This document shows, piece by piece, positions 29,089 to 39,417 of a stretch of 64,000 bases of DNA (the stretch's first letter is position 1; every line of letters begins with the position of its first letter). Position numbers and translations under genes: made by a program. Below the pieces are notes generated by a model, which was not told the DNA's origin, did no database searches, and was given only the letters and a program-made list of their open reading frames with translations. Location of the stretch: positions 351,994-415,993 of the forward strand of contig CAZSUC010000001.1 of assembly GCA_964610055.1 (NCBI GenBank). The letters run 5' to 3'. The stretch is from an uncultured Candidatus Saccharibacteria bacterium (GTDB lineage: Bacteria > Patescibacteriota > Andersenbacteria > UBA10190).

Positions 29089-30099
29089 ATGATTGACGCC
29101 CACATTCCTGTTTTGCTCTCGGAAGTTATAGAGATTTTTGCCCCACAACCCGGTCAGAAACTCTTAGATGCAACCGTCGGTCATGGTGGTCACGCTAGCG
29201 CTTACTTAGAACGCACCACTCCTGACGGCCTAGTTGTTGGGCTTGATGCCGATCAGCAGGCTTTAGACTTCGCGGCACGTCGTTTAGAAAGATTTGGTGC
29301 TCGTTTTATCGGTTTACATACCAACTTTGCTCATCTAAAGGATTCAGTCTCTGGGGGAGGAATCCTTGGGGAAGAACCTTCATTGTTCCATCACATCTTA
29401 TTTGATCTTGGTGTCGGCAGTCATCAGCTTGCCGACCAAAACCGCGGTTTCTCTTTTCGTTCTGAAGGGGAACTTAGCATGTTATACGGTGACAATAGTC
29501 AGTTACCACTCGCTCAGGTTGATTGCCTGAACCGGCTTGCTCAGCAATTAGGTCGTCTGCCGGATGTCATTGATTTGATTCAGCATCTCAATGAAACTGA
29601 TCTTGCCACTGTTATCTATGTCTATGGAGAAGAACGATATAGTCGTCGGATCGCTGCTGCCCTCAAAAACCAAGCGCCTAATCTGGTCACAGCAGCAGTC
29701 ATGGCTGAAATTATTTCCAATGCTGTTCCAGCTGCTTATCGCCATCACAAGATTCATCCCGCGACTCGTACTTTTCAAGCCTTCCGGATTGCCGTTAATC
29801 GGGAATTGGAAGTCTTATCCGCTGCTCTGCCTCAGGCTTTGGATTTGCTTGCGCCAGACGGCATTATCGCGGTCATTAGCTTTCACAGCTTAGAAGATCG
29901 AATCGTTAAACACTTTTTCCAGCGAGAAACACGTCAATGCATTTGCCCGCCGGAAAAACCAGAATGCGTTTGTGGCCATCAACCCCAAATTAGCATTCTC
30001 ACGAAAAAACCGGTGTTGCCTTCCGCTAAGGAAATCAACTCCAATCCGCGGGCACGTTCGGCCAAGCTTAGAGCCGCTCGTAAACTCGCTCCGCCTTAG
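29089..30099 (+). CDS. rsmH: 16S rRNA C1402 methyltransferase
   Basis: HIPVLL, DATVGHGGH, RTFQAFRIAVN, SFHSLEDRIVK and NPRARSAKLR. Confidence 0.97.
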   Translation: MIDAHIPVLLSEVIEIFAPQPGQKLLDATVGHGGHASAYLERTTPDGLVVGLDADQQALDFAARRLERFGARFIGLHTNFAHLKDSVSGGGILGEEPSLFHHILFDLGVGSHQLADQNRGFSFRSEGELSMLYGDNSQLPLAQVDCLNRLAQQLGRLPDVIDLIQHLNETDLATVIYVYGEERYSRRIAAALKNQAPNLVTAAVMAEIISNAVPAAYRHHKIHPATRTFQAFRIAVNRELEVLSAALPQALDLLAPDGIIAVISFHSLEDRIVKHFFQRETRQCICPPEKPECVCGHQPQISILTKKPVLPSAKEINSNPRARSAKLRAARKLAPP

Positions 30100-30161
30100 G
30101 CTTAGACGGATTAACACAAAAGCCCAACTAACATCAACCTTAAACACCAAAATAAACACAT

Positions 30162-30560
30162 ATGGTCAACCGCTTCGAACAACACGTTGTTCCTCGACAC
30201 AGCCGCTCTTCCTGGGCTATGTCGCGGCACAATACCGCCAGCGTTTTCAATCAGCGAGGTATTGCTACTCAATCAACTATCACTACCGCTCTTGTTATCC
30301 TGTCTTTGACGTCCGTCTCGTTACTCGGCTTCTTTTACTTACACCAGGTCTTTAACACCGCCGCTCAGGGATCTGGAATTGAAGCTCTTGAAGAACAACA
30401 ATTGGAGTTGAACGAAAAAATTCGCGAGCTAGAATTAGAAGGCGCGGAATTACGCTCTATCCAAGTTGTTGAAGACCGCGTTCAAGACTTGAACCTGATC
30501 AAGGCCGATGAAGTTTCTTACCTTGCTCCAGTAAATCACCAAGTCGCTCTTAACCAATAA
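30162..30560 (+). CDS. FtsL-like cell division protein
   Basis: Single TM plus coiled coil; lies between rsmH and the PBP gene. Confidence 0.65.
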   Translation: MVNRFEQHVVPRHSRSSWAMSRHNTASVFNQRGIATQSTITTALVILSLTSVSLLGFFYLHQVFNTAAQGSGIEALEEQQLELNEKIRELELEGAELRSIQVVEDRVQDLNLIKADEVSYLAPVNHQVALNQ

Positions 30561-30570
30561 ATAAAAATCA

Positions 30571-32457
30571 TTGCCTGTTTCCGCTGGTTTTAATCCGGAT
30601 CGCCGTATTCGGCTCTTGCGCCTGGGCAGTCTTGTGCTCCTGGTTATTTTAGTTGCGCGTCTGGGCGATTTACAATTATTACGTAATCAATATTTTTTAG
30701 ATGTTGCTGAGAGTCAGCGTTTACGTGCTTCTGAATTGTCCCCTCATCGCGGAGCTATTTATATGACTGAGTCTAATCAATCTGAGACAGATGATGTCTT
30801 TCCTGTTGCCAGTAATGAACGCGCTTGGGTAGCTTATGCTGTCCCCCGAGAAATGGACGAACCTTTTCGGGTGGCGGAGCAACTCGCCCCTCAGCTTTTT
30901 GCTTTCCAACAGCGCCAACAACAAACCACTCAAGATATTATTACTGAAACCGGTCAGCTTATTCAATCCAGTACTGAAGATACTTCACCCACACCGTCTT
31001 CCTCACCAAGCACAACTCTTTCCGAGACTGACCAATTAGCTGTTGTGCAGCAAGAACTAAGCGATAAATTCAATCAGCCAACTGATCCTTATGAGCCGCT
31101 GCTTAAACCTTACGAAACTTTAGACGATGAGTTTTATGCGTATCTAAAAGATGCTAATTTACCCGGGATCCATATTGAAGAGGAAGAAATTAGAGTTTAT
31201 CCCGAGCAAACCTTAGCCGCTCATGTTTTAGGTTATGTTGGTTATGAAGATAGCGGGCGCACTGGTAGCTACGGTATTGAAGGCTATTGGGAAAAACAAC
31301 TTGCTGGTGATCTTGGCTTTTTGTCTGCGGAAAGAGACAACTCTGGTCAGTTCATTGGTGTTTCTGACCGAGAATTTACTCCTGCACGCAACGGCGATGA
31401 TATTGTCTTAACAGTTGATCGAGTCGTTCAATCCATTATTGAAGAAGAGCTTAAAGCTGGAGTTGAAAAATATGGTGCTGAGCGGGGGAGTGTCATCGCC
31501 ATGAATCCGCAAACTGGCGCAGTTTTAGGCATGGCAACTTACCCCACTTATGATCCGAATTATTACTACTCTATCAACGATGCTCGCGTTCAATCCAATC
31601 CTGTGGTCTCTGATATTTTTGAACCCGGATCCATTTTGAAACCAGTAGTAATGGGCGCAGCCATTGAAGAAGGATTGGTTACTCCCGATACCACGATGGT
31701 TGATAACGGTCCAGTTAAAGTGGCTGATCGTGTCATTAATACTTTTGACGGTCAGCATCTTGGGCGCATTACCATGACACAAATTCTTGAGAATTCAAAT
31801 AACGTTGGCATGGTTTGGGTTGGACAGCAATTAGGCGCTGAAAAAATGTATGACTTTTTCCGCCGTTTTGGTATCGGAGAAAAAACCGGTATTACTTTAG
31901 AAGGTGAAACAAATACCACCTTATCTTCTCCTGATGAATGGAATGTTACGACTGTGGCCACTTCAAGTTTTGGCCAGGGTATTGCTTTAACACCCTTACA
32001 AGCCCTGAATGCAATCAATGTTTTTGCTAATGGCGGTACGCTTATGCAGCCATACATTGTCAAAGAATTACGTCACCAAGACGGTACTATTGAAACTACC
32101 ACCCCCACCGCAGTCCGACGGGTAGTCTCGTCGGATACTGCCGAAAAAATCTCAGCTATGATGGTTAGTGTTATTGAAAACGGTGTCGCTAAATTAGCCC
32201 GCGTTCCTGGTTACTATTTAGCTGGTAAAACTGGTACTGCCCAGGTACCAGATGAAAGGGGACAGTATGCAGAAGACCAAAAAATTATTTCTTTCGTTGG
32301 TTACGGCCCTGTCGATCAACCCCGCATTTCCTTGCTAATTAAACTGGATAATCCGGCTGGCTTATCTTTTGCTTCCGGTACTGCTGCACCTATGTATCGC
32401 AATATCATGCAGCGCTTACTACAGTATTATCAAATTCCACCGTCATACGCGGAATAA
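30571..32457 (+). CDS. ftsI: class B penicillin-binding protein (FtsI-like)
   Basis: RGAIY, RVYP, GIEG, EPGSILK (SxxK), SNN (SxN) and GKTGTAQ. Confidence 0.9.
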   Translation: MPVSAGFNPDRRIRLLRLGSLVLLVILVARLGDLQLLRNQYFLDVAESQRLRASELSPHRGAIYMTESNQSETDDVFPVASNERAWVAYAVPREMDEPFRVAEQLAPQLFAFQQRQQQTTQDIITETGQLIQSSTEDTSPTPSSSPSTTLSETDQLAVVQQELSDKFNQPTDPYEPLLKPYETLDDEFYAYLKDANLPGIHIEEEEIRVYPEQTLAAHVLGYVGYEDSGRTGSYGIEGYWEKQLAGDLGFLSAERDNSGQFIGVSDREFTPARNGDDIVLTVDRVVQSIIEEELKAGVEKYGAERGSVIAMNPQTGAVLGMATYPTYDPNYYYSINDARVQSNPVVSDIFEPGSILKPVVMGAAIEEGLVTPDTTMVDNGPVKVADRVINTFDGQHLGRITMTQILENSNNVGMVWVGQQLGAEKMYDFFRRFGIGEKTGITLEGETNTTLSSPDEWNVTTVATSSFGQGIALTPLQALNAINVFANGGTLMQPYIVKELRHQDGTIETTTPTAVRRVVSSDTAEKISAMMVSVIENGVAKLARVPGYYLAGKTGTAQVPDERGQYAEDQKIISFVGYGPVDQPRISLLIKLDNPAGLSFASGTAAPMYRNIMQRLLQYYQIPPSYAE

Positions 32458-32474
32458 AATGTTACAATAAAAAC

Positions 32475-33674
32475 ATGCCTACCTTCACTGAGCGCTTACT
32501 CTGGTTTCGCGCTCTTGATTATTTACGCACCTATCATCCGTTCCTAATCGCAGTTGCCGGTAGCGTTAACAATGCTGTCACTAAAGACTTAATTACTCGC
32601 GCCTTATCGCACGATTTTTCCGTTTTCACCCCACCACAGCCATATTCTAATCCGCGTAATGTCGCTCTTAGTATTGTTGGTCAAAACTCAGCTTCTCATT
32701 ACAACTTAATCAAATTGCTTTCTTTCAGTTTCATTCGAGAATTACGCGAGCATGAACCCACCGCTTTAGTTTTGGAATTGGGAGTTAATAAACCTGGCGA
32801 AATGGATTGGATGGCGCAAAAACTGCCGGTTAATTTAGCAGTCATAACTAATATCGGCACTGTTCATACTGATATTTTTGGCAGCCAAGCCTTGTTAGCC
32901 CATGAAATGTCGTCTTTAGTCGCAGCTTTGCCTGCTTCCGGTCTTGCTATTTTAAACGTTGACGATCCACTCGTTGCAGACATGGCTCAGCATACCCAGG
33001 CTCGTGTTGTTACTTTCGGCCAGTCAGACGCTGCTCATGTTCGTCTCATGCGGTTTAATCGTCTGGAGTCTTTTGGGTTTGCCGGTGAAATCAAAGTCGG
33101 ATCCAAAACTTACGAATTACACCTGCCGCATATCATTGCTCATCATCAGCTTACCTCTGTTCTGGCTGCTATTGCTGTTGCCGAAGCGCAGCACTTAAAT
33201 TTATCTGTCATAATTAAGCGCTTGCAAAATTACCGTCCGTCTGCCGGTCATCATAATCTCGTCGCTGGCCCTAACGGATCACGCCTGCTGGACGCTTCTT
33301 TTGACGCTTCTCCAGAAAGTATGTTAGCTGACCTCGATACTTTGCGCACCTTACCTGCTCGTCGTCGGATTGCTGTGTTAGCTGGTATTCCTGGAATTGA
33401 CTATAAATCAGTGGCTCTGCATCAACGTTTCGGTCAAGCAGTCGCTGAAACTGATGCCATGTTCATCGGCATTGGCGCGGAAATGAAAGACGCTCAAGCC
33501 GCTGCTTTGCGCCTTGGCGCCGACACCCATCATTTTGCAACTGCTCTTGATGCCGGTAAATGGATGTCTGGATTACTATGCTCCGGAGACTTAGTTCTAA
33601 TTACTGGTTCGCAATCTTATCGCCTTAATCAATTAATTTCTCGGCTTACTCGCCCAGTAGACAAAAACGCCTAA
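32475..33674 (+). CDS. MurF-like Mur ligase with degenerate ATP motifs
   Basis: VLELGV.KPGEM, AVITNIG..H and LNVDDP; the P-loop reads GSVNNAVTK. Confidence 0.8.
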   Translation: MPTFTERLLWFRALDYLRTYHPFLIAVAGSVNNAVTKDLITRALSHDFSVFTPPQPYSNPRNVALSIVGQNSASHYNLIKLLSFSFIRELREHEPTALVLELGVNKPGEMDWMAQKLPVNLAVITNIGTVHTDIFGSQALLAHEMSSLVAALPASGLAILNVDDPLVADMAQHTQARVVTFGQSDAAHVRLMRFNRLESFGFAGEIKVGSKTYELHLPHIIAHHQLTSVLAAIAVAEAQHLNLSVIIKRLQNYRPSAGHHNLVAGPNGSRLLDASFDASPESMLADLDTLRTLPARRRIAVLAGIPGIDYKSVALHQRFGQAVAETDAMFIGIGAEMKDAQAAALRLGADTHHFATALDAGKWMSGLLCSGDLVLITGSQSYRLNQLISRLTRPVDKNA

Positions 33675-33706
33675 AACAGGTACAAAATACACACCAGATC
33701 ACATAT

Positions 33707-33778
33707 GGCCCTATCGTCTAACGGCTAGGACGTAGCGTTCTCAGCGCTAAAACCGGGGTTCGATTCCCCGTAGGGCTA
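33707..33778 (+). tRNA. tRNA-Glu(CUC)
   Basis: GGCCCTA/TAGGGCT acceptor stem, TAGCG-TTCTCAG-CGCTA anticodon arm; CCA not encoded. Confidence 0.93.
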
Positions 33779-33872
33779 CTATCGTAAAATCAAAGCCGCA
33801 ATTCTTTCGTTTTTATATTGAGTTACGGAATGTGATTGTTAGACATTGCCATAAGTGCTATGCTCTCTTGTT

Positions 33873-34517
33873 ATGCAAATACCCTCACAAGAATTTCATT
33901 GGCAATCAATACCACTTTACATTCTGTTAATTGTTGGCTTCTTTTGGTTCACCGGACGAATTAAGGCACTCATGTTATGGATTGCTGCTCTCGAAGCAGA
34001 GAAAGAAATGCAAAATCCGGCATACCATACAACAGGCAGTAGTGATACCTGGGATGCCCAACGAATCATGCATTGGACCGTATGGAGAGATACAATTATT
34101 GCCCAACACAGCTCAAGGGGTGTTGTTATTGGACTCACTGTCACTGCACTAGCCGCTTTTATTGGGTTAGCGGGGAAAGAGGGATTAACGTTTGGTGAAT
34201 TTCTTATTCTAGCCGCTGCCTCTTCGTCCATTTTATTTCAAACAGTTTTGTCGCTTTGGGAGTCACGTAATGAGCGAGAAGTTGCCTTTACATACACACG
34301 GGACCCGAGTGGCAAAAATAAGGATAGGGTAACAAAAAGTTTATTTGATAATATGCTCCGCCAAGCAATACAGCTTTTTACCCTCCTATCGCTTCTTTTG
34401 GTTATACTTTTAATTACCCAGAGAGCCTACCGAGCAGTAAATGATAATTTAGAACAAAATACCTCACCAAGTAACACGCAAATTGAAACACAAGCGAGCG
34501 CCACTGGTAATTCATAA
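33873..34517 (+). CDS. hypothetical membrane protein
   Basis: ORF with about 4 TMs and no recognised family; composition differs from flanking genes. Confidence 0.6.
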   Translation: MQIPSQEFHWQSIPLYILLIVGFFWFTGRIKALMLWIAALEAEKEMQNPAYHTTGSSDTWDAQRIMHWTVWRDTIIAQHSSRGVVIGLTVTALAAFIGLAGKEGLTFGEFLILAAASSSILFQTVLSLWESRNEREVAFTYTRDPSGKNKDRVTKSLFDNMLRQAIQLFTLLSLLLVILLITQRAYRAVNDNLEQNTSPSNTQIETQASATGNS

Positions 34518-34539
34518 CAAGCACGGTACTTGTTTAAAT

Positions 34540-35064
34540 ATGGACCATATTATTGCCTTTAAACATGGGGCAACTCAGAAGCCCATTATTAAAATTGTTG
34601 ATACTTCAAAGCAAGTTGTGCTTGCGTTTATACCTTTTAAAGGAGAGCATATAACGCTTCATCCCCAAGCAGACGGCCAGATTTTAAGAACCCATAGTTC
34701 AGAACAGAAACTACCCTCTGTTTGGGATGCTGAAAGAGTGCAAATTGCTAAACAACTTGGTTATAAAAACCCCGAAAAGCACGCCACGTATTTTATCCAT
34801 GACACTCTTAAAATATTTTCCAACATGTCAGGCTACTATTTGGGTGGCAGAACGGTTGATTTCTCTCAAGTACCAATTGCAAAAAAGAAGTACAAAACCT
34901 TAAAGAAAACTATTATTGATATGCCGGTAAGCGACTGTATACTTCATATGTATCTCTCAACATCAAATAATCCACGCTCCAGCGCATTTCCTAATGTTCA
35001 AACCTCAATTGGAACAATCATTTTTGAATTTGATACAAGCCCATTATCAAATGTGACTAGTTAG
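34540..35064 (+). CDS. hypothetical protein
   Basis: AT-rich ORF with no recognised motif; start uncertain. Confidence 0.55.
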   Translation: MDHIIAFKHGATQKPIIKIVDTSKQVVLAFIPFKGEHITLHPQADGQILRTHSSEQKLPSVWDAERVQIAKQLGYKNPEKHATYFIHDTLKIFSNMSGYYLGGRTVDFSQVPIAKKKYKTLKKTIIDMPVSDCILHMYLSTSNNPRSSAFPNVQTSIGTIIFEFDTSPLSNVTS

Positions 35065-35484
35065 TGTCCACAATAGACCTTCCCGACACCAGCGCGATTG
35101 TTCAGGTGGCACTTCATCCTGTAGTGCACGGTACTCGTTTCGCCAGAGCTGCATCAACTTAGCTATCCGGCTGAATGGGATTAATAATCGCCAATGCACC
35201 AAGTCCGCACTGACGTAGCGGTGCCGGGTGAAAACAAGACGGTACTTCTTTATACGAAGCACCTTTCCGCACAGATAAGCAAAAAAGCCCACATCCAATC
35301 ATAATATTATCGTTTAAGTTCTCAATTTTGAATAAAAAAATCCCCGCAGAGGACTCATTAAGTGAATCATGCGGGAAGTTAAGATTATCCTCTATTTTTT
35401 TAATCATATTTGTCAAATAATATAAAAATAAATAACATCAGTGGTAAAATAAAACAACTTAATAATCAAAACTCAGTTCCAAAT

Positions 35485-35721
35485 ATGAAAATCCAAGTTT
35501 TCGGTTCAGGCTGCCATTCCTGCCAAAAATTATATGAGCTCGTCCAGCAAGTCATAGCTCATGAAAATATCGCAGCCGAAGTTGAATATATAACTGATAT
35601 TCATCAATTACTTGAACTCGGTTTCGTTCAAGCTCCCGCTCTAGCTATTGATGGTCGCCCCGTTCTTGCCGGCTTTGTGCCCAACGAAAAACAGCTAAAG
35701 GAGATTATTACTCAAAGTTAA
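35485..35721 (+). CDS. small redox-active disulfide protein (thioredoxin-like)
   Basis: MKIQVFGSGCHSC..PALAIDG; this family is typically paired with ArsP-type permeases. Confidence 0.88.
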   Translation: MKIQVFGSGCHSCQKLYELVQQVIAHENIAAEVEYITDIHQLLELGFVQAPALAIDGRPVLAGFVPNEKQLKEIITQS

Positions 35722-35724
35722 AGT

Positions 35725-36690
35725 ATGGATATTTTCTGTCCTCTTCAATTGTTAGTTAATTGGCTGACTTATGATATTTTGTCTCTTGCGCCAAACTCTC
35801 TTTTAGGCGATGCCGTCAATTTTTTTATCTTTGATACCATTAAGATCTTGCTCTTAATGGTCATCATAATTTTCTCAGTCTCCATTCTCAGAACTTTTAT
35901 TCCTCCGGAAAAAATCAGATCATTTCTGTCAGGTAAAAAATCATTTTCCGGCAATTTAATCGCAGCATTGTTTGGCATAATTACTCCATTCTGCACTTGT
36001 AGCGCTATTCCTCTTTTCTTAGGCTTCATTGAAGCCGGAGTACCTTTGGGTGCGACATTTTCTTTTCTCATATCATCACCAATGATAAATGAAGTTGCCC
36101 TAGTTCTATTATTAGGTTCATTTGGTTTGAAAGTGGGCCTAATTTACGTTTTAAGCGGACTTATTATTGCAATTTTATCCGGGTTTCTTATTGATAAAAT
36201 GAACATAGAAGGTTTATTAAATCAATCAGTATTACACCATACCTCCGCGCAACGTTTCACTGACATTAAGCAAACTTGGCCGCAACGTATAAATTATGCT
36301 TTAACATACACCCTAGATATTATTAAAAAAGTCTGGATTTATATTTTAATCGGTATTGGCATTGGCGCCTGGATACACGGTTATGTTCCTGATGATCTAT
36401 TAACAAATTGGGCTGGAAACAATAACTGGTATGCTGTTCCGCTTGCTATCATTATCGGGGTACCTCTTTATTCTAATGCTGCAGGAGTAATCCCGCTCGT
36501 TAGTGCTTTAACTGAAAAAGGTGTCGCTATGGGTACCGTCTTGGCATTTATGATGGCCATAACTGGATTATCTTTGCCAGAATTCATGATTTTAAAACGT
36601 GTGATGCGAACTAAATTACTGCTTATTTTTGGCAGTATTGTTACTGCCGGTATTATCTTTACTGGTTATCTTTTTAACGCCGTACTTTAG
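35725..36690 (+). CDS. ArsP/DUF318-family permease
   Basis: TPFCTCSAIP, FSFLISSP, GVPLY and GLSLPEF. Confidence 0.9.
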   Translation: MDIFCPLQLLVNWLTYDILSLAPNSLLGDAVNFFIFDTIKILLLMVIIIFSVSILRTFIPPEKIRSFLSGKKSFSGNLIAALFGIITPFCTCSAIPLFLGFIEAGVPLGATFSFLISSPMINEVALVLLLGSFGLKVGLIYVLSGLIIAILSGFLIDKMNIEGLLNQSVLHHTSAQRFTDIKQTWPQRINYALTYTLDIIKKVWIYILIGIGIGAWIHGYVPDDLLTNWAGNNNWYAVPLAIIIGVPLYSNAAGVIPLVSALTEKGVAMGTVLAFMMAITGLSLPEFMILKRVMRTKLLLIFGSIVTAGIIFTGYLFNAVL

Positions 36691-36698
36691 AAGAGCAT

Positions 36699-36729
36699 AA
36701 AAACACCCCGGAGCAATTATGCTCCGGGG
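36699..36729. terminator. terminator hairpin between convergent genes
   Basis: CCCCGGAGCA/TGCTCCGGGG stem with an A-run on the left. Confidence 0.7.
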
Positions 36730-36733
36730 CTTG

Positions 36734-37384
36734 TCACTTGCGCTTGCACTCGCGCCGCAAGGCTTCAGCGACCTCAAAACGTGAACTCACACCCAGTTTA
36801 TCCAAGATGCTATGCACATGGTTCTTTACCGTGTGAATTGACAGGTTTAATTCGCTTGCAATCTTAGCGTTAGACCATCCTTTGGACAAATAACTAGCAA
36901 TCCTCCTCTCTTGGTTGGTTAAACAGCGTCCTTTAGTTATAATGTCCAAAATTGCTGCCGGCACTAAGCCTATTTTCTCTCCAGCAAAGATGCGTAGTAA
37001 AAGTGCCTGAAAATCTTGTAATCCGTTACTATCTGACACAATCCCAGCAATCCTTCCTGATCCCATCATGTGGGCTAATTGCAATGTCATTGATGTCTCT
37101 CCGAACATGATGATTACAAACAGACTGCCCTTACGACCCCGGCCCCGCTCAATATCAACGATGTCCTGCCAATAGTTGCTTATCGTCTCGTTGTCCATAA
37201 CAACAAAGTCAGGTTTTTTCAAACGCAGCGCATCTAGCAGCCAGTCCTGATCTGGGGGGCTGCGGTTCAAACGTAAACACACCGGTTCAACCGCATCCAT
37301 TTGAGAAATTGCCTCCAACAAAACCTCTTCCCGTAGGAATTGTTGCATCACTACCGCTACTCGGTAGATTCTTGGGGTGATCAT
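36734..37384 (-). CDS. LuxR/NarL-family regulator with a divergent receiver domain
   Basis: LTNQERRI..GWSNAKIASELNLSIHTVKNHVHSILDKLGV; SD AAGGAGG before ATG 37384. Confidence 0.85.
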   Translation of the reverse strand: MITPRIYRVAVVMQQFLREEVLLEAISQMDAVEPVCLRLNRSPPDQDWLLDALRLKKPDFVVMDNETISNYWQDIVDIERGRGRKGSLFVIIMFGETSMTLQLAHMMGSGRIAGIVSDSNGLQDFQALLLRIFAGEKIGLVPAAILDIITKGRCLTNQERRIASYLSKGWSNAKIASELNLSIHTVKNHVHSILDKLGVSSRFEVAEALRRECKRK

Positions 37385-37428
37385 GACTTCCTCCTTGTCA
37401 TGAGAGAAAAGAACTGCCTCCAACGCTG

Positions 37429-38433
37429 CTACATCGTACCCCAAAAATTCTTAGCTGTCTCCCAGTATTTTGAGTTACCCCTAATTTCTTTTTCCCAGTA
37501 CCAAAATTCCACTCCCCACCAATATGCTGCCGGCAACTGGGTTCTTTGCGCAAAACTATGGATTTCTTTCAATCTTTCTACTGATAAATTTTGTGCCCGT
37601 TCTTCGTCCGTAATTTCTGTAAACGATACTTGAGCCCATGGTTCACCCTGTAGTTCTGCTATCACCACTTCTTTGTCGCGTAATATTTCAACTATCCGTG
37701 CTTTGGCTCGATACAGCCAGGCGGGGAATAAGTAATCATAATGAAACAGCTTGCCAGTTCGTTGCGAGTATACTGTCCGGTACATTGTTGTTCCTATTAC
37801 GTCACCATACTGCGAAACATCCCACCACCAATTCAATTCACCTGAATCTGTAACCATAATCGGCTTTGTACTTAATGATCGGACTAAAGCTAATTCTTGT
37901 TCGTAAAAATTACGATCAAACGGGGGGCAATTTCCAAAATCAAGCATTGGCTCATTTTCTACCTGCCAAGTTATCACGGCCGGATGATTTTCATAGCGCC
38001 GCACCACCTCTTCAATACTGCGAAGCACTTGTGCTTGTTGCTCGGCTTCACTTAATTCCGCGGCCCATTCCGGCACATGACATTCCGGCCAACGCGGTAC
38101 TTTACGTCCCACAACCATGACAATCTCAGCCTCTCGTTCCTCTGCTTCATCTAACAACCAATCCCATGCCGTAAAATTATACTGATCCTTACTTGGTTCT
38201 AACTCGTCCCAATAAACTGGCAAGCGCATATGCTTTACTCCTAAATCATCTAAAATCGCTATATATGTTTCCTGCCAATCTAAACCAATTCCGCGTGCGT
38301 GTGGCCAAGAAAACGTTACTCCTTGAATTTGTGCTTGGGTATTCCAAAATTTTGGCCACGCCAACAAAATTATCCCGATGATGACAACTCCTAAAAAAAT
38401 TAATATTCCTACACTTACGATCTTCCTAAGCAT
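37429..38433 (-). CDS. membrane-anchored GH-A clan glycoside hydrolase
   Basis: RLPVYWDELEP, WQVENEP (acid/base NEP) and AELQGEPW. Confidence 0.8.
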   Translation of the reverse strand: MLRKIVSVGILIFLGVVIIGIILLAWPKFWNTQAQIQGVTFSWPHARGIGLDWQETYIAILDDLGVKHMRLPVYWDELEPSKDQYNFTAWDWLLDEAEEREAEIVMVVGRKVPRWPECHVPEWAAELSEAEQQAQVLRSIEEVVRRYENHPAVITWQVENEPMLDFGNCPPFDRNFYEQELALVRSLSTKPIMVTDSGELNWWWDVSQYGDVIGTTMYRTVYSQRTGKLFHYDYLFPAWLYRAKARIVEILRDKEVVIAELQGEPWAQVSFTEITDEERAQNLSVERLKEIHSFAQRTQLPAAYWWGVEFWYWEKEIRGNSKYWETAKNFWGTM

Positions 38434-39343
38434 AGACTAACATCGCCATTCCTAAACTAATCACAATAATCCCGCTCATTTTTTGCACGAGCGACACTCG
38501 CGATAATTCTTCCTGGTATATCTTTGGCCATCGCAGCGACGCTATTGCCGCTAGTACCAATAATGCTAAATATTGCACCCCTTGTAATGCGTTGACTATT
38601 GATACGCTCCCTAAACGAATCGCATAACTTTGCAACATAAAGGCTCCTGCTGCCAATCCTTTATTGCCTATAAAGCCTATTCCAGCCCCAATATTCTGTC
38701 TTCGATTTATGCGTTTTTCTTTCTTCTTCGGCTGTCTTGTTTTTAACCAAGAACCAATTAAAGCCAATGCCAACACTGATTCGCATACGCGTCCATACAT
38801 AAATGCTAATAGGAAGGTAGGGGAGTTATCGTATAAAAATTTTACCGCCGTAAAATACGCCGCAAACAATAATCCACTTGTTATAATCAAAACCAAATCG
38901 CGACTACTAATTCGTTGTCTGTGCTGCCAAGAAAATGATAATAAAATTCCTCCTACAATTACCGCAATGCTACCCCAATAACTTAAAGCACTTAACCGTT
39001 CGCCTAAGAACAATGCTGCCAAAACCAATGTCCATATTGGCACTGCTGCTCCCACTAACGGCACTACTCGCGAAGACTCCTTCTGCTGCAACACCATATA
39101 AAATGTCCACAAAGCAGCCAAATGAAATAGTCCAGATAAACTAGACCACAATATAATAAATCCAGAAGGCCAGGCTTTTACCCAGGGCAGCAAAACTATT
39201 GCTACTCCTGCAGACAAGCCAGAGAAAAACGCATACCGAGCCGGACTGCCCATTACTGATTGGCTTTTCAGTAAACCTTTATCCGCCACAAACACTGCCG
39301 CATTAGCGGTATGTGCCATCACTGCTGACCACAGCCAAATCAT
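38426..39343 (-). CDS. EamA/DMT-family transporter
   Basis: About 10 TMs; SRVVPL..FLGERL and SIVNAL. Confidence 0.85.
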   Translation of the reverse strand: MIWLWSAVMAHTANAAVFVADKGLLKSQSVMGSPARYAFFSGLSAGVAIVLLPWVKAWPSGFIILWSSLSGLFHLAALWTFYMVLQQKESSRVVPLVGAAVPIWTLVLAALFLGERLSALSYWGSIAVIVGGILLSFSWQHRQRISSRDLVLIITSGLLFAAYFTAVKFLYDNSPTFLLAFMYGRVCESVLALALIGSWLKTRQPKKKEKRINRRQNIGAGIGFIGNKGLAAGAFMLQSYAIRLGSVSIVNALQGVQYLALLVLAAIASLRWPKIYQEELSRVSLVQKMSGIIVISLGMAMLVYA

Positions 39344-39362
39344 GTTCTTATTATATCTAACC

Positions 39363-39394
39363 AAACACCCCCGACCAAATTGGTGGGGGTGTTT
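39363..39394 (-). terminator. intrinsic terminator
   Basis: AAACACCCCC..ACCA/TGGT-GGGGGTGTTT stem. Confidence 0.65.
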
Positions 39395-39417
39395 GTTAAT
39401 CCGATATCAGATTAAAT

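Noticed and set aside
35047-35416. Overlapping minus-strand ORFs of 83 and 85 aa in the islet
   Set aside because: No recognisable motif or clear RBS, and no way to decide which, if either, is real.
33707-36730. Intact integrative element at tRNA-Glu
   Set aside because: No integrase and no duplicated tRNA 3' end were found; reported only as a possible remnant islet.
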